This document shows, one piece after another, positions 10,102 to 20,297 of a DNA stretch of 64,000 bases. A program made the translations under genes and the position numbers. The stretch is taken from positions 896,001 through 960,000 of the forward strand of contig OY776510.1 of the NCBI GenBank assembly GCA_963675665.1, read 5' to 3'. This stretch comes from Spirochaetia bacterium. Its GTDB lineage: Bacteria > Spirochaetota > Spirochaetia > UBA9216. Below the pieces are notes generated by a model that made no database searches, was not told the DNA's origin, and worked only from the letters and a program-made list of their open reading frames with translations. How positions within the stretch are numbered: position 1 is the first letter of the stretch; every line of letters starts with the position of its first letter.

Positions 10102-11190
10102 ATGAAAACGAAAAGAATAATTAGAAAAGCATTTACAGTCTTCTGTACTGCGGTAATATTCAGCGGCTATGTCTTCGCTGAAGAGTTGACTGTAGTAACT
10201 GTTAATTCGTGGTCCGCAATGAATCACAGCGGATTTCTGAGATGTGATGAGTATGAAGAAGAAACAGTCCGCGGTTTCCGTCAGGAAGTTCTGACAACCG
10301 GGCTGAAAGAACTTGAAGCCGATGTTATAATTTTAAACGGAATAAACCCGGCGGAAAGCTTTGCCGCAGAGACAGCGCTTGAGCTAGGCATGAATGCGGA
10401 TGTCTGGGTATCCCGCAGCGGCATCAGGTTCGGTCCCGTCAGTCTTCCCTTAAACCTGAAGGAGGGCGACGCCATACTTTCGGCCGAAAAACTTGCAAGC
10501 GAACCTGCAGGCAGAATGTCTCTCAACAGCACGCTTTCTACAGGAGCAGTTACGCTGTTTGCACGGGACGGGGTGCAGGTTTTCGGACGGAAAATCGATA
10601 TAACGGCTGAAGGCGAATCAACGGCGGGCGGTGTTTATATTTTTTCCGCAGTCTGGAATGAATCACTGTTCAATGATGAAAACAGCCTGCGCAGACTGAC
10701 GGACGCTTATCTTTCCGGTGAAATAAATGCTGATGATTATATGCTTCTTGTAAAGGATGCTGTTGAGGGCGCCGAAACAAGGCTGGTCCAGGCCGGGCGG
10801 ACATTATCTTTCATAAACAGTATTGCAGGTGCCGGGCCTGTAATTGTGGCCGGAAGTTTCAACGCGCTGCCGGACAGTCCTGAAATAAAGGTACTTAAAG
10901 ATGCGGGTTTCATTGATGTTTTTGAACGCGCCGGCAAGGGGCCGGGTTATACCATAGATGTACAGAAGAACTCCAATTATCAAAAATTACGGCAGGCGGC
11001 CGAAGACAATGGAGACCCTGCCGGCATAGCCCTGGATATTATGTCCGGCAAATACCGTACCGATTATATAATGATCCGGGGCGCGGGATTGAAACCCCTG
11101 TCGGCCGGAATAGTTCTGGACAAGCCTGTATACGGAGTGTATCCGTCCAACCGGTTCGGGGTTTCAGCGGTAATTGATATTTCTGACTAG
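10102..11190 (+). CDS. Exported endonuclease/exonuclease/phosphatase-family protein
   Basis: Signal peptide; VVTVN, VIVAGSFN, RTDYIM, PSNRFGV are divergent EEP motifs. Confidence 0.7.
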   Translation: MKTKRIIRKAFTVFCTAVIFSGYVFAEELTVVTVNSWSAMNHSGFLRCDEYEEETVRGFRQEVLTTGLKELEADVIILNGINPAESFAAETALELGMNADVWVSRSGIRFGPVSLPLNLKEGDAILSAEKLASEPAGRMSLNSTLSTGAVTLFARDGVQVFGRKIDITAEGESTAGGVYIFSAVWNESLFNDENSLRRLTDAYLSGEINADDYMLLVKDAVEGAETRLVQAGRTLSFINSIAGAGPVIVAGSFNALPDSPEIKVLKDAGFIDVFERAGKGPGYTIDVQKNSNYQKLRQAAEDNGDPAGIALDIMSGKYRTDYIMIRGAGLKPLSAGIVLDKPVYGVYPSNRFGVSAVIDISD

Positions 11191-12170
11191 GGTAAAGGCG
11201 CGGCAGCGCCTTTCTTTTCGATTATTGAATAAAGATACATCTGGGCGGTAATTTCCCGCTGTTCCTGCCTTGCCGTTCTTAGTTTAATATCGTAATCGGC
11301 GGTAAGACTGATGATGTCCCGGAGGTTTTCTTCCGTGTAGTGTTTTAGCGCGTCCGAATATACCGCCTGCGCTTTTTTACCCCTGATATTGTTTTTATAA
11401 CAGGCGGTCTGAAATGACTCTCCCCTGTCCAGTTCTGCGGCAATGCTCTGGAGATTTCTCAGCTGCCAAAGCAGCCCGCCGAGCAGCTGCACTGTACTGG
11501 TTTCGCTGCCGAGCATGATCTTCTGAAGAATCTCCACGGCGCCGCCAAGATCGGCAGCTGCAATTTTATTGAAAAGTGAGAAAACATTTTCTTCTTTTCC
11601 ATGATAGAAAAAGTTTTCAATATCCGCCTTGGAGATAAGCGCACCTTCACCAAAAAAGACGGCCAGCTTTTCGCATTCCTTTTTCATGTCTGTCGTATTG
11701 TTTTCAATCAGGGTCAGCAGCATTTCAATAGCGTCAGATTCAATTTCCATTTTTCGGTTTCTGAAAAATCCCGACAGCCAGCCTTTTTTTTGCCCTTCGA
11801 ACATTTCCCAGAAGATTTTCTGGTTCTGTTTGGGAATAATTTTGGACAGGCTGTTTTTCAGCGATGTTTCATCAGATAAAAATACTATTACAGTGTTATC
11901 CGATGGCGAGGACAAGTATGATTTAAATTCATCCACTTCCGCTTTTTTAAAAAGATCAGCCTGGCCGATTATTATCAGCTTCCAGGCGGAAAACAGCGAG
12001 CCGTTTTTGATAAGCGAAAGAATATCTGAAACACTGCTCTCAAACGGATAAAACCGGTGCTGCTCCGGTTCTTCGCCGAACTGTTCGATGAGTCTGTTCT
12101 TCATTTGTTTCAGGAAAATTGTCCGTTCCCCTGTTTCGGGGCCTGCAAGAAGCCAGGCGGTATCAGTCAT
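11187..12170 (-). CDS. holA: DNA polymerase III delta subunit
   Basis: WLLAGPE start, SLFS, ECEKL, EENVFSLF; typical length. Confidence 0.85.
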   Translation of the reverse strand: MTDTAWLLAGPETGERTIFLKQMKNRLIEQFGEEPEQHRFYPFESSVSDILSLIKNGSLFSAWKLIIIGQADLFKKAEVDEFKSYLSSPSDNTVIVFLSDETSLKNSLSKIIPKQNQKIFWEMFEGQKKGWLSGFFRNRKMEIESDAIEMLLTLIENNTTDMKKECEKLAVFFGEGALISKADIENFFYHGKEENVFSLFNKIAAADLGGAVEILQKIMLGSETSTVQLLGGLLWQLRNLQSIAAELDRGESFQTACYKNNIRGKKAQAVYSDALKHYTEENLRDIISLTADYDIKLRTARQEQREITAQMYLYSIIEKKGAAAPLP

Positions 12171-12771
12171 AGTCCCTTACAATGCATTTGAGTTTTCCAA
12201 GAACCTTGACGTTCTGTGTGTAAATCGGGGGATAAACGGGGTTTTCAGCTTTAAGCTTGATTCTGTTTTTTTCCCTGTAGAAACGTTTCAGGGTATACGC
12301 TTCATCGTTTATCATTGCGACTACAATATCGCCGTTTTCGGCTGTATTGCGGTGATTAAAAATGGCAACATCGCCGTCCAGGATACCAACATCCTGCATG
12401 CTGTCCCCGGCAACATGCAGCGCAAAAAACTGGCCTGTGCCGAGCCGTGAAGCGGGCATTTTCAGCATGCCGTCAAAATTTTCTTCGGCAAATAAAGGTT
12501 TACCGGCAGCCACCTTTCCAAGGATTGGAATTTGAATTGTTTCCTGTTCATGGGAGTTTTTCCGGTCGATAATCTCAATTGTTCTGGACCGGTTTCCGTC
12601 GCATTTAATTCTTCCCTTTTTCTCTAAAGCCTTGATATGGTCATATGCGCCCTTAACAGAAATATTGAAAGAAGATGCCATTTCACGGATTGTCGGCGGA
12701 TAATTGTGCTTGTCGATAAAACTCTTGATATAACTTAATGTTTCTTCCTGGCGTTTTGTCAGTTCTTTCAT
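12163..12771 (-). CDS. lexA: LexA repressor
   Basis: LTKRQ..YPPTIRE winged HTH, VAAG cleavage site, GDSM Ser and TLKR Lys. Confidence 0.95.
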   Translation of the reverse strand: MKELTKRQEETLSYIKSFIDKHNYPPTIREMASSFNISVKGAYDHIKALEKKGRIKCDGNRSRTIEIIDRKNSHEQETIQIPILGKVAAGKPLFAEENFDGMLKMPASRLGTGQFFALHVAGDSMQDVGILDGDVAIFNHRNTAENGDIVVAMINDEAYTLKRFYREKNRIKLKAENPVYPPIYTQNVKVLGKLKCIVRDYD

Positions 12772-14141
12772 TTCTTAATCTCAATATCGAATTTTTTTAT
12801 CTTTCCGTGCAGATTGCTCGGATAGATACCCAGACTTTGTGCCGCCCTGGTTATGTTATAGTCGTTCTCCTCAAGTTTGTGCAGCAGAAGTCGGCGTTCA
12901 AACTCATCACGAGCGTCAGTCAGTTTCATGTCGCTGAAATGATCGATCAGGGGATTGCTCTTCCGAACCTGACCGTCATTGTTTGAGCCAAGGTACCCGG
13001 ATGCTGTTTCGGCACTAATAATTTCCTCTTCTGACATTATTGTAACACGTTCTATAAAGTTTTTCAGCTCCCTGACGTTTCCCGGCCACCTGTATTCCAC
13101 TAAAAGTGCAATTGCTTCAAGGGAAAATGCCGAAGCGGCAATATTTTCCCGTTTTTTCATCTGTTCAAAAAAATAATCTATGAGCAGTGGGATGTCTTCT
13201 TTTCTTTCGTTTAACGGCGGGACATGTATGGGTACAACATTTAGTCGGAAAAAAAGATCTTCACGAAAATTTCCGTCGGCGATTTCGCGTTTAATATCCT
13301 TGTTTGTTGCGGCAATAATTCTGACGTCTATAGTCTGGGTTTCTTCACTGCCGACCTTTTCGAAGCGCATTTCCTGGATAACACGCAGGACCTTTGCCTG
13401 TGCTGAAAGCGACATATCAGCTACTTCGTCAAGAAACAGAGTGCCCCCGTCGGCGATTTCAAATTTTCCCTTTCTGTTTGTAAGGGCCCCGGTAAACGAG
13501 CCTTTTTCGTGGCCGAAAAGTTCGCTTTCAATCAGCGTGTCGGGGATGGCGGCGCAATTGACCTCAACAAACGGTTTTGCGCTGCGTTGGGATTTTCGGT
13601 GGATATCACGGGCAACCAGTTCCTTGCCTGTTCCGTTGTCCCCCGTAATCAGTATTTTGGCATCCGACGCCGCACTCTGGTTAATTGTCTGTTTGATTAA
13701 TTGAATCTGCTCGCTCTCGCCGATCATTTTCTCTTCCGGCAGAACAGACGATTTTAATTGTTTGTTTTCAGTTTTAAGAGCGTTCATTGCAATGGCATTC
13801 CTGGCCAGCGTCAGGATCTTGTCGAGAGAGAGGGGTTTTTCGAGAAAATCGAAAGCGCCCAGCTTAACAGCTTTGACTGCAAGGTCGATATTTGCATGTC
13901 CCGAAATGATAATCACTTCGATTTCGGGATATTCTTCCTTAATCGTTTTCAGTACATCAATACCGCCTATGTTCGGCAGCCAGACGTCGAGAACAACGAG
14001 GTGTATGATTTCGGACTTCAGAATTTCCAGTCCGTGAATACCGTCTCCGGCATCAAAGACACTGTAACTTTCGTCCTCAAAAATATCTCTCAGTACTGTT
14101 CTTATTCCGGGCTCGTCGTCAATGACAAGAATATTAGCCAA
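12768..14141 (-). CDS. ntrX: Sigma54-dependent response regulator (NtrX/NtrC family)
   Basis: Receiver domain, GDNGTGKE, ESELFGHEKGSFTGA, Fis-type HTH. Confidence 0.85.
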   Translation of the reverse strand: MANILVIDDEPGIRTVLRDIFEDESYSVFDAGDGIHGLEILKSEIIHLVVLDVWLPNIGGIDVLKTIKEEYPEIEVIIISGHANIDLAVKAVKLGAFDFLEKPLSLDKILTLARNAIAMNALKTENKQLKSSVLPEEKMIGESEQIQLIKQTINQSAASDAKILITGDNGTGKELVARDIHRKSQRSAKPFVEVNCAAIPDTLIESELFGHEKGSFTGALTNRKGKFEIADGGTLFLDEVADMSLSAQAKVLRVIQEMRFEKVGSEETQTIDVRIIAATNKDIKREIADGNFREDLFFRLNVVPIHVPPLNERKEDIPLLIDYFFEQMKKRENIAASAFSLEAIALLVEYRWPGNVRELKNFIERVTIMSEEEIISAETASGYLGSNNDGQVRKSNPLIDHFSDMKLTDARDEFERRLLLHKLEENDYNITRAAQSLGIYPSNLHGKIKKFDIEIKK

Positions 14142-15912
14142 ACTTTTTCTCCATCGGAAGATCTATATAAAAGGTTGTTCCATGCCCTCTGTCTGATTCG
14201 AACCAGATTTGTCCTTTATGATCAAAGATAATCCGTTCGACAATGGGAAGTCCAAGTCCGGTTCCTTCATTCTTGGTTGTAAAATAAGGGTTAAATACCT
14301 GATCCTGCTTTTCAGGTTCGATTCCGGATCCGTTATCCTGAACTCTTATTCTACAGTAACTTGAATTCCCTTTTCTGACAAGATCGGTTTGAATAGAAAT
14401 TTTACCGTCCTCAGGTGTAATTGCCTCGCAACTGTTTTTTACCAGATTTATAAAAACCTGTTTCATCTGCTTGGGATCAACATTAAGGATAATTTCAGTC
14501 TCCGGCGAATTGAAATTAAATTTCAACCCTGGATATGAGGTCCGGTAGGTGTCGATTATTTCCTGTATCAGCCCGGTAATCTCTACCGGTTCGGGAGAAG
14601 GCGCCGGTAGGCGTGAAAAATCCCTGAATTCTTTCAGAAGGTTGTCAAGGCTGTTAACTTCCTGAATAATCCCCTGAATGGCCGGTTCCAGGATCTGCCC
14701 GATATTCTCGGGGTTGTTTTTGAATCTTTTAAGAATCCTCTCTGCCGACAGCTTTATCGGCGTGAGCGGGTTTCTGAGTTCATGCGCAAGCTGTCGCGCT
14801 ATTTCCTGCCATGCTGTTATTTTCTCGGTCTGCAGAATTTTTTTTCGTGAGTTTTCCAGTTCTCCCATCATTCTGTTAAAGGAATTTGTCAGATTTGACA
14901 GTTCGTCTCCTGAGCGGGTAAGAATCCTGTATGTAAAATCTCCTTCGGAAACACTTCGGGTTGCAGCCTCAAGGCTTACGATTGGTCTGATTACCTCGTC
15001 GCTCAACAGAAACGAGATCAGAATGGAAATTAATATCAGTGGAATTGTAAAAAAGGTATAAAAGATATAAAGTAAAAGAGTAAATTCCTGCTGGTTTCGC
15101 TGATAGGTAAGAAAGACTTCACGGGCGTCCGTCAGCTTGCGTGCCGTGTCGTCAAGGTTTTGCGGTAAAATAGAACTGATTACAACCGAATAAGTTCGGC
15201 TTCCGGTCTCGTAGATCTGCAGATATCGCAGCAGTCCGGTCCCTTCACGGTCCTCTCGCGGTAAAAGGCCGCCTGCGCCGCCTAGTGTCGGCGGTTCTTT
15301 CAGTTCCGCTTCCGACAGCCCGTTGAAAAAGGTTGATTTTCCGGCTTCGTCGAAAATCTGGATTGAATCTATTCCGGGATTTGCATTATATATGTTTGTC
15401 CACATGCGCTGCGGAAAGCGTTCAAGATCTGCAAGCATGCGATCAAACACCGGGCCTTCAGCAAAGTCTACAAGTGTTTCTATTTTATCATTATAGTATG
15501 CAAGCGAGAGATTCAGTCCGCCGTTTATTGCCGAACCGATTTCCGGAGAAAACCATGTGTTTACTGCAGTATTTACGAATTTCATTGATACAAGGGTTTG
15601 AGGAATTGAAGTCAGTATAACAATCAGCGAAAAATACAATAACAGATGTGTTTTGAATCGTGCGCCGGGGCTGTGATTTCTCCGGTCGATGACAAGTTTT
15701 CGAACGTTGATTAAAACATAGACAAGCAGCGCCAGCGGAAGAATAAATGCTGCCGGAATTAGTATCAGGTTAAGATTCCGATCTCCTGAAGGCATATTGA
15801 TAAGAACTTCGCCCGAAAGGTAATAAATGAGTACAACCAGCAGAATATAAATCAAAAAAACGGATATTATTCCGGAGCGGGAAGCTCCCGCTTTTTTGCT
15901 GTTAATTGCCAT
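14134..15912 (-). CDS. ntrY: NtrY-like HAMP sensor histidine kinase
   Basis: TM helices, HAMP, AWQEIARQLAHELRNPLTPI, DNGSG, GTGLGL. Confidence 0.85.
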   Translation of the reverse strand: MAINSKKAGASRSGIISVFLIYILLVVLIYYLSGEVLINMPSGDRNLNLILIPAAFILPLALLVYVLINVRKLVIDRRNHSPGARFKTHLLLYFSLIVILTSIPQTLVSMKFVNTAVNTWFSPEIGSAINGGLNLSLAYYNDKIETLVDFAEGPVFDRMLADLERFPQRMWTNIYNANPGIDSIQIFDEAGKSTFFNGLSEAELKEPPTLGGAGGLLPREDREGTGLLRYLQIYETGSRTYSVVISSILPQNLDDTARKLTDAREVFLTYQRNQQEFTLLLYIFYTFFTIPLILISILISFLLSDEVIRPIVSLEAATRSVSEGDFTYRILTRSGDELSNLTNSFNRMMGELENSRKKILQTEKITAWQEIARQLAHELRNPLTPIKLSAERILKRFKNNPENIGQILEPAIQGIIQEVNSLDNLLKEFRDFSRLPAPSPEPVEITGLIQEIIDTYRTSYPGLKFNFNSPETEIILNVDPKQMKQVFINLVKNSCEAITPEDGKISIQTDLVRKGNSSYCRIRVQDNGSGIEPEKQDQVFNPYFTTKNEGTGLGLPIVERIIFDHKGQIWFESDRGHGTTFYIDLPMEKKFG

Positions 15913-16423
15913 AGCTAACCCAGGCGGTCTGCGTTTTTTCCGAGATCAGAAAGGGATCAAGCAAGGCAAGGGGAGGGGGTCTTCTGATAAGATCGGTTTC
16001 CGCTTTTGCCTGTATATAAAAATCACCTGAAATGACTTCGGAAGGAAGCGTTGTCATGCAGGAAAAAAACGCTTCTTTAAATAAATCGGTATTGTCATAG
16101 ATATTTTCAGTTCCGCCGCTTTGTATATAATAACGGTTTGTAAGGAAATCTTTTCCGGCTTTTTTTGTTATTGTAAATGAAGAATTGTCTGCTTTTAGCG
16201 GATTTTCAGCATGCTTTGATTTACGTATTCTGAATGAATAGACTATTTCCGAACGGTAACCTTCCTCAATAACCTGAAAGAACGGATCCGAATCGATATC
16301 CGTAATGGTAATGATAATAGTCGGTTCAGGTTGTTCGGCGTTTATGCTGATGTCGAGCTCTGCAGCATATAATGCTGTTGAAACGAGCAGTATTATAAAT
16401 ACAGGGAGCAGAAATTTTCCCGT
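15902..16423 (-). CDS. Unannotated exported 173-aa protein (DUF4390-like position) starting at ACG
   Basis: Stop-free frame 16423 to 15902; GAGGAGG 7 nt before ACG; signal peptide GKFLLPVFIILLVSTALYA. Confidence 0.7.
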   Translation of the reverse strand, partial: TGKFLLPVFIILLVSTALYAAELDISINAEQPEPTIIITITDIDSDPFFQVIEEGYRSEIVYSFRIRKSKHAENPLKADNSSFTITKKAGKDFLTNRYYIQSGGTENIYDNTDLFKEAFFSCMTTLPSEVISGDFYIQAKAETDLIRRPPPLALLDPFLISEKTQTAWVSYGN

Positions 16424-16425
16424 AT

Positions 16426-16692
16426 CTATTCCTCCTCAAACCGGTTTTCAAAAAGCTTAACAATGGCCTCAAGAGCTTCTGTTTCATCAGGGCCGTCGGT
16501 TTTTATATTAATTACGGAATTGTATCCGGCCCCCAAAGTAATAATGCCCATTATTGACTTGGCATTTATACTGTTTTTATCTTTTTCCAGAAAAATATCA
16601 CATTCAAATTCGTTAGCGGTCTGAACTATTAAAGCGGCAGGCCGGGCGTGTATACCGGCTCTGTTTTTTATGGTTACGTCCTGTGTCTGCAT
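16426..16692 (-). CDS. ptsH: Phosphocarrier protein HPr
   Basis: GIHARPA (His15) and NAKSIMG (Ser46). Confidence 0.95.
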   Translation of the reverse strand: MQTQDVTIKNRAGIHARPAALIVQTANEFECDIFLEKDKNSINAKSIMGIITLGAGYNSVINIKTDGPDETEALEAIVKLFENRFEEE

Positions 16693-16711
16693 TCTGTTCC
16701 TCTGTGCTGTT

Positions 16712-17701
16712 CTATTTCAAATTGTTTTTATCATAATAAGCTGCACGGGCGTTCTGTCCCTCGAGCCATTTTAATACATTTTGATTAAATTCCCTCGCCG
16801 AAAAATATCCGAGTTTTTTAAGCCTTTCATTCATTGCGGCTGTTTCTATTATGACCGGAATATTGCGGCCGGGTTTTATCGGAAGGGTTACAACCGGCAG
16901 CCCTACGCCAAGATATTCAATTGTTGCTGTGCTTGATCCGAGCCGGTCGTATAGTTTTGCGGAATCCCATTCCTCAAGTTCAACGACAAGCTGGACCTGT
17001 TTGCTGTCCCGGATTGCTCCGACGCCGAACAGGTGGCTGATATTTATAATGCCGAGCCCCCGAATTTCCATATGATGACCGGCAATATCGTTTACGCCCT
17101 TGCCTATTATTAGGTTGCCGTTTACACAGCTTAATTCAACCGCATCGTCGGCAATAAGCCGGTGTCCTCTTTCAATCAGTTCCAGGGCCGTTTCGCTTTT
17201 TCCGATTCCGCTGGCACCCTTTATCAGAATTCCTATGCCGAAAACCTCTACAAAGGTAGCATGAACAATCTGTTTTTCGGCAAATACCGTGTTCAGGGCA
17301 CGTATTAATCGTCTTGAAAACTCACTGGAACTAAGGTTTGTTATAAGGACGGGAACACCTGCTTCTTCGGCGAGATCAATAAATTCCTGTTCCGGCTGAA
17401 GGTTTGTAGTGAAAGCGCAGCAGGGAATTTTATATTCAAAAAACTTTCGTAAAATGTCGATTTTCTTATCCGATACAAGTTTTTTTACATAGGCGGTTTC
17501 TCCCTTGCCGAAAACCTGTATTCGGTTATATTGAAATCCGTCAAAAAAGCCTGACAGGGTCAGACCGGGACGGTTGAGATCCTGCTCCAGAATGGGAGAG
17601 GCCAGTCCCGATCTGCCGCAAAGGCATTTAAGATTTAGTTCGTTATGTTCTTTCAGATCCAAATCGAGGAGATCCAAAACTGTAAAAACATTCTCTGCCA
17701 T
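16712..17701 (-). CDS. hprK: HPr kinase/phosphorylase
   Basis: NRPGL, GASGIGKSE, GHRLIADD, MEIRGLGII, PGRN. Confidence 0.96.
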   Translation of the reverse strand: MAENVFTVLDLLDLDLKEHNELNLKCLCGRSGLASPILEQDLNRPGLTLSGFFDGFQYNRIQVFGKGETAYVKKLVSDKKIDILRKFFEYKIPCCAFTTNLQPEQEFIDLAEEAGVPVLITNLSSSEFSRRLIRALNTVFAEKQIVHATFVEVFGIGILIKGASGIGKSETALELIERGHRLIADDAVELSCVNGNLIIGKGVNDIAGHHMEIRGLGIINISHLFGVGAIRDSKQVQLVVELEEWDSAKLYDRLGSSTATIEYLGVGLPVVTLPIKPGRNIPVIIETAAMNERLKKLGYFSAREFNQNVLKWLEGQNARAAYYDKNNLK

Positions 17702-17704
17702 ATT

Positions 17705-17995
17705 TTAATGTTCCTGAATCCTTTCTTTTTCTTTTGCGATTTTATTATCGAGTTTATTGAAAAGATTGTCTATACCCTTGAATAAATCAAAAGTGTCTAC
17801 TTTCAAATGGGAGGATTTTGCCCATTTAAAATTCATAGTTGCTTCAATAACGTAACCGTTCTTATCGTGTGCAATAGTAATTAGCAGGTCAACAATGTGT
17901 TCATCTGCATAACCTAGCCTTTTAAGCTTCTTTTCTACATGTTCTTTTGTGTTGTCGCTGATGTCGTAATGTACGCCCCGAATGTCTACGTTCAT
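17705..17995 (-). CDS. hpf: Ribosome hibernation promoting factor (HPF/RaiA)
   Basis: Short sigma54-modulation-type protein directly downstream of rpoN. Confidence 0.85.
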   Translation of the reverse strand: MNVDIRGVHYDISDNTKEHVEKKLKRLGYADEHIVDLLITIAHDKNGYVIEATMNFKWAKSSHLKVDTFDLFKGIDNLFNKLDNKIAKEKERIQEH

Positions 17996-18061
17996 AGAAA
18001 CCTCCGTATAATATCGAATACGGTATCGATTTGGATTTAATACCGTATAAGGTTTAACCCT

Positions 18062-19450
18062 TCACCTTGTGTATGAGGAATCAATATTCAGTTCATTCCT
18101 GTATTTTGCTACAGTTCGCCTGGCAATACTAATTCCCTTCTGTTTAAGCAGATCAGATATTTTCTGATCGGACAATCTTTTTTCTCCTGAATATTCCTCA
18201 ATTATCTCCTTAATAATTTCCTTTACGCCGCCTTTTGAAAAACTTGTTCCCCCGGTGCCTGTACCGGAAACCGAATTGGAGAAAAAATATTTCAGCGGCA
18301 GAATGCCCCATTCTGTCTGTATGTATTTGGCGTTGGATATTCTCGAAACAGTTGTTTCGTGAACAGAAACAGTTTCGGCAATATCTTTCAGCGTCAGCGG
18401 CGCAAGATATTTCGGCCCTTTCAGGAAAAAATTTCGCTGAAAATCGATGATTGCAGATGATATCTTCAGAAGAGTTTCATTGCGCTGATTAACGCTCCTG
18501 ATAAACCACTTTGCTTCCTGAATATTGGCTTTAACGAACTGGCTGGCTTCTTTATACTCGTTGTTTTTATCGTTATTCAATTCCTGAAAGAATGCGTTTA
18601 AACCGAGGACCGGTATTTCTTCGTCATTCAGAATTATGATGAATTCGCCTTCTTTTTGTTCAACCATTAGATCCGGAATAACATATTTAACTTCATCTGT
18701 GGCAAACTCCCGCCCCGGAAATGGCGTATACCTCTTAAGCAGGGAAATAAGCTCCTGAAGCTCTTCCGGCTCTATTTTCATGGCTTTTGCTATTTCTTTG
18801 GTTTTGTTCTTTTCAAGCAGAGACAGGTAATTCTGTACAAGTTCGAACAGATGTTCCGGCGCGTCAGGATCAAGTTCTATCTGAACAAGAAGCGATTCTT
18901 TATAGTCTGAAGTACAGGTTCCGACCGGCTCAAAGGTCTGAATAAGTTTGATCATCCTTTTCAGAACAGGAAATTCTTCTTTTTTCACCAGTTTTTCCGG
19001 CGACTCTATATGAAAACCGTTGTTATCCAGGTTGTGGATCAACAGCTCTCCGATTTCGCGTTCGCGTTCAGGTATCTTCTGAACAGCCAGCTGCCAGACC
19101 AGGTTGTCCTGAAGTGATTCAGGACGGGAAAGTGTTCCTTCAATGAATTTCTGTTTTGAATCTGAAGCTTCAGTATCAACTCTTCCCGATGTTGTGTTGA
19201 AACCGGGATCCGAACTGTTTTCGAAGTACTCTATCTGGTCTTCGTTGCTTACCTGTTTGCTCTCGGCCTCTTCAAGAGATAATGTCGGTTTTTCAGAAAC
19301 AATTTCAAGGGCAGGGTTCTTTTCAAGTTCTTCCTGAATTCTTGTGTTCAGTTCCTGAATCGGCATAGCCATCAGTTGAATTGACTGGTACATCTGAGGG
19401 CTTAATTTTAATTTCTGTTCCTGTATAATTACAGGCTTTTGATACTGCAA
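18062..19450 (-). CDS. rpoN: RNA polymerase sigma-54 factor
   Basis: HETTVSR and RpoN box ARRTVAKYR; TTG start with GGAGG. Confidence 0.97.
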   Translation of the reverse strand: MQYQKPVIIQEQKLKLSPQMYQSIQLMAMPIQELNTRIQEELEKNPALEIVSEKPTLSLEEAESKQVSNEDQIEYFENSSDPGFNTTSGRVDTEASDSKQKFIEGTLSRPESLQDNLVWQLAVQKIPEREREIGELLIHNLDNNGFHIESPEKLVKKEEFPVLKRMIKLIQTFEPVGTCTSDYKESLLVQIELDPDAPEHLFELVQNYLSLLEKNKTKEIAKAMKIEPEELQELISLLKRYTPFPGREFATDEVKYVIPDLMVEQKEGEFIIILNDEEIPVLGLNAFFQELNNDKNNEYKEASQFVKANIQEAKWFIRSVNQRNETLLKISSAIIDFQRNFFLKGPKYLAPLTLKDIAETVSVHETTVSRISNAKYIQTEWGILPLKYFFSNSVSGTGTGGTSFSKGGVKEIIKEIIEEYSGEKRLSDQKISDLLKQKGISIARRTVAKYRNELNIDSSYTR

Positions 19451-19535
19451 CCGAACCTCCGAAGTTGATACAATCTAGTATGTGCCTACTATTAATATGA
19501 TTTAGCCGGAGTGATTTGTCAAGGAAGATCAGAGT

Positions 19536-20297
19536 TTACATCCGGAAGTCTTCGCCGAGATAGATTTTTCGGGCTGTTTCGTTGGCAAGAAGTTCTTCCC
19601 GGTTGCCGGACACCATTATTTCTCCAAGATTGATAATATTGGCCCTTTCGGTAATTTCAAGCGTATCGCGGACATTGTGATCGGTAATCAATACGCCGAT
19701 ATCCATTGCCGAAAGATCTTCTATAATGCGCTTGATTTCGTAGACAGCTATAGGGTCAATACCTGCAAAGGGTTCGTCCAGAAGAAGAAACCGCGGTTCA
19801 ATTGCAAGGGCCCGGGCTATTTCTGTCCTTCGTCGTTCTCCGCCGGATAATGTAAAGGCTTTCTGTTTTCGTATTTTAATAATTCCCAGCTGTTCAAGCA
19901 GAAACTCAAGCCTTTCCTGTTTTTCGGCCTTCGGGATATCTTTTCTGGTTTCAAGAATGGACCAGATGTTGTCTTCAACGGAAAGTTTTCTGAATACCGA
20001 CGCTTCCTGCGGAAGATATGAAATTCCTTTTCGGGCACGCTTGAACATCGGATCATGGGTTATATCGTGTTCATCGAGCAGGATCTTGCCTTCGGTAGCT
20101 TTAATGAATCCTACAATCATGTAGAATACGGTAGTTTTTCCGGCGCCGTTCGGACCGAGCAGCCCGACTATTTCTCCTTTTTTCATCGAGAAACTGACAT
20201 CCAGAACAGCAATCTTTTTTCCGAATGTTTTTTTAAGTCCCTCGACCCTCAGGATTGATTTACTGTTCTTCTTCTGATGTAATTGATCCGCTGACAT
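19536..20297 (-). CDS. lptB: LPS export ABC ATPase
   Basis: GPNGAGKT, YLPQEASVF, LSGGERRR, DEPFAGIDP, ITDHNV, YLGEDF. Confidence 0.95.
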   Translation of the reverse strand: MSADQLHQKKNSKSILRVEGLKKTFGKKIAVLDVSFSMKKGEIVGLLGPNGAGKTTVFYMIVGFIKATEGKILLDEHDITHDPMFKRARKGISYLPQEASVFRKLSVEDNIWSILETRKDIPKAEKQERLEFLLEQLGIIKIRKQKAFTLSGGERRRTEIARALAIEPRFLLLDEPFAGIDPIAVYEIKRIIEDLSAMDIGVLITDHNVRDTLEITERANIINLGEIMVSGNREELLANETARKIYLGEDFRM

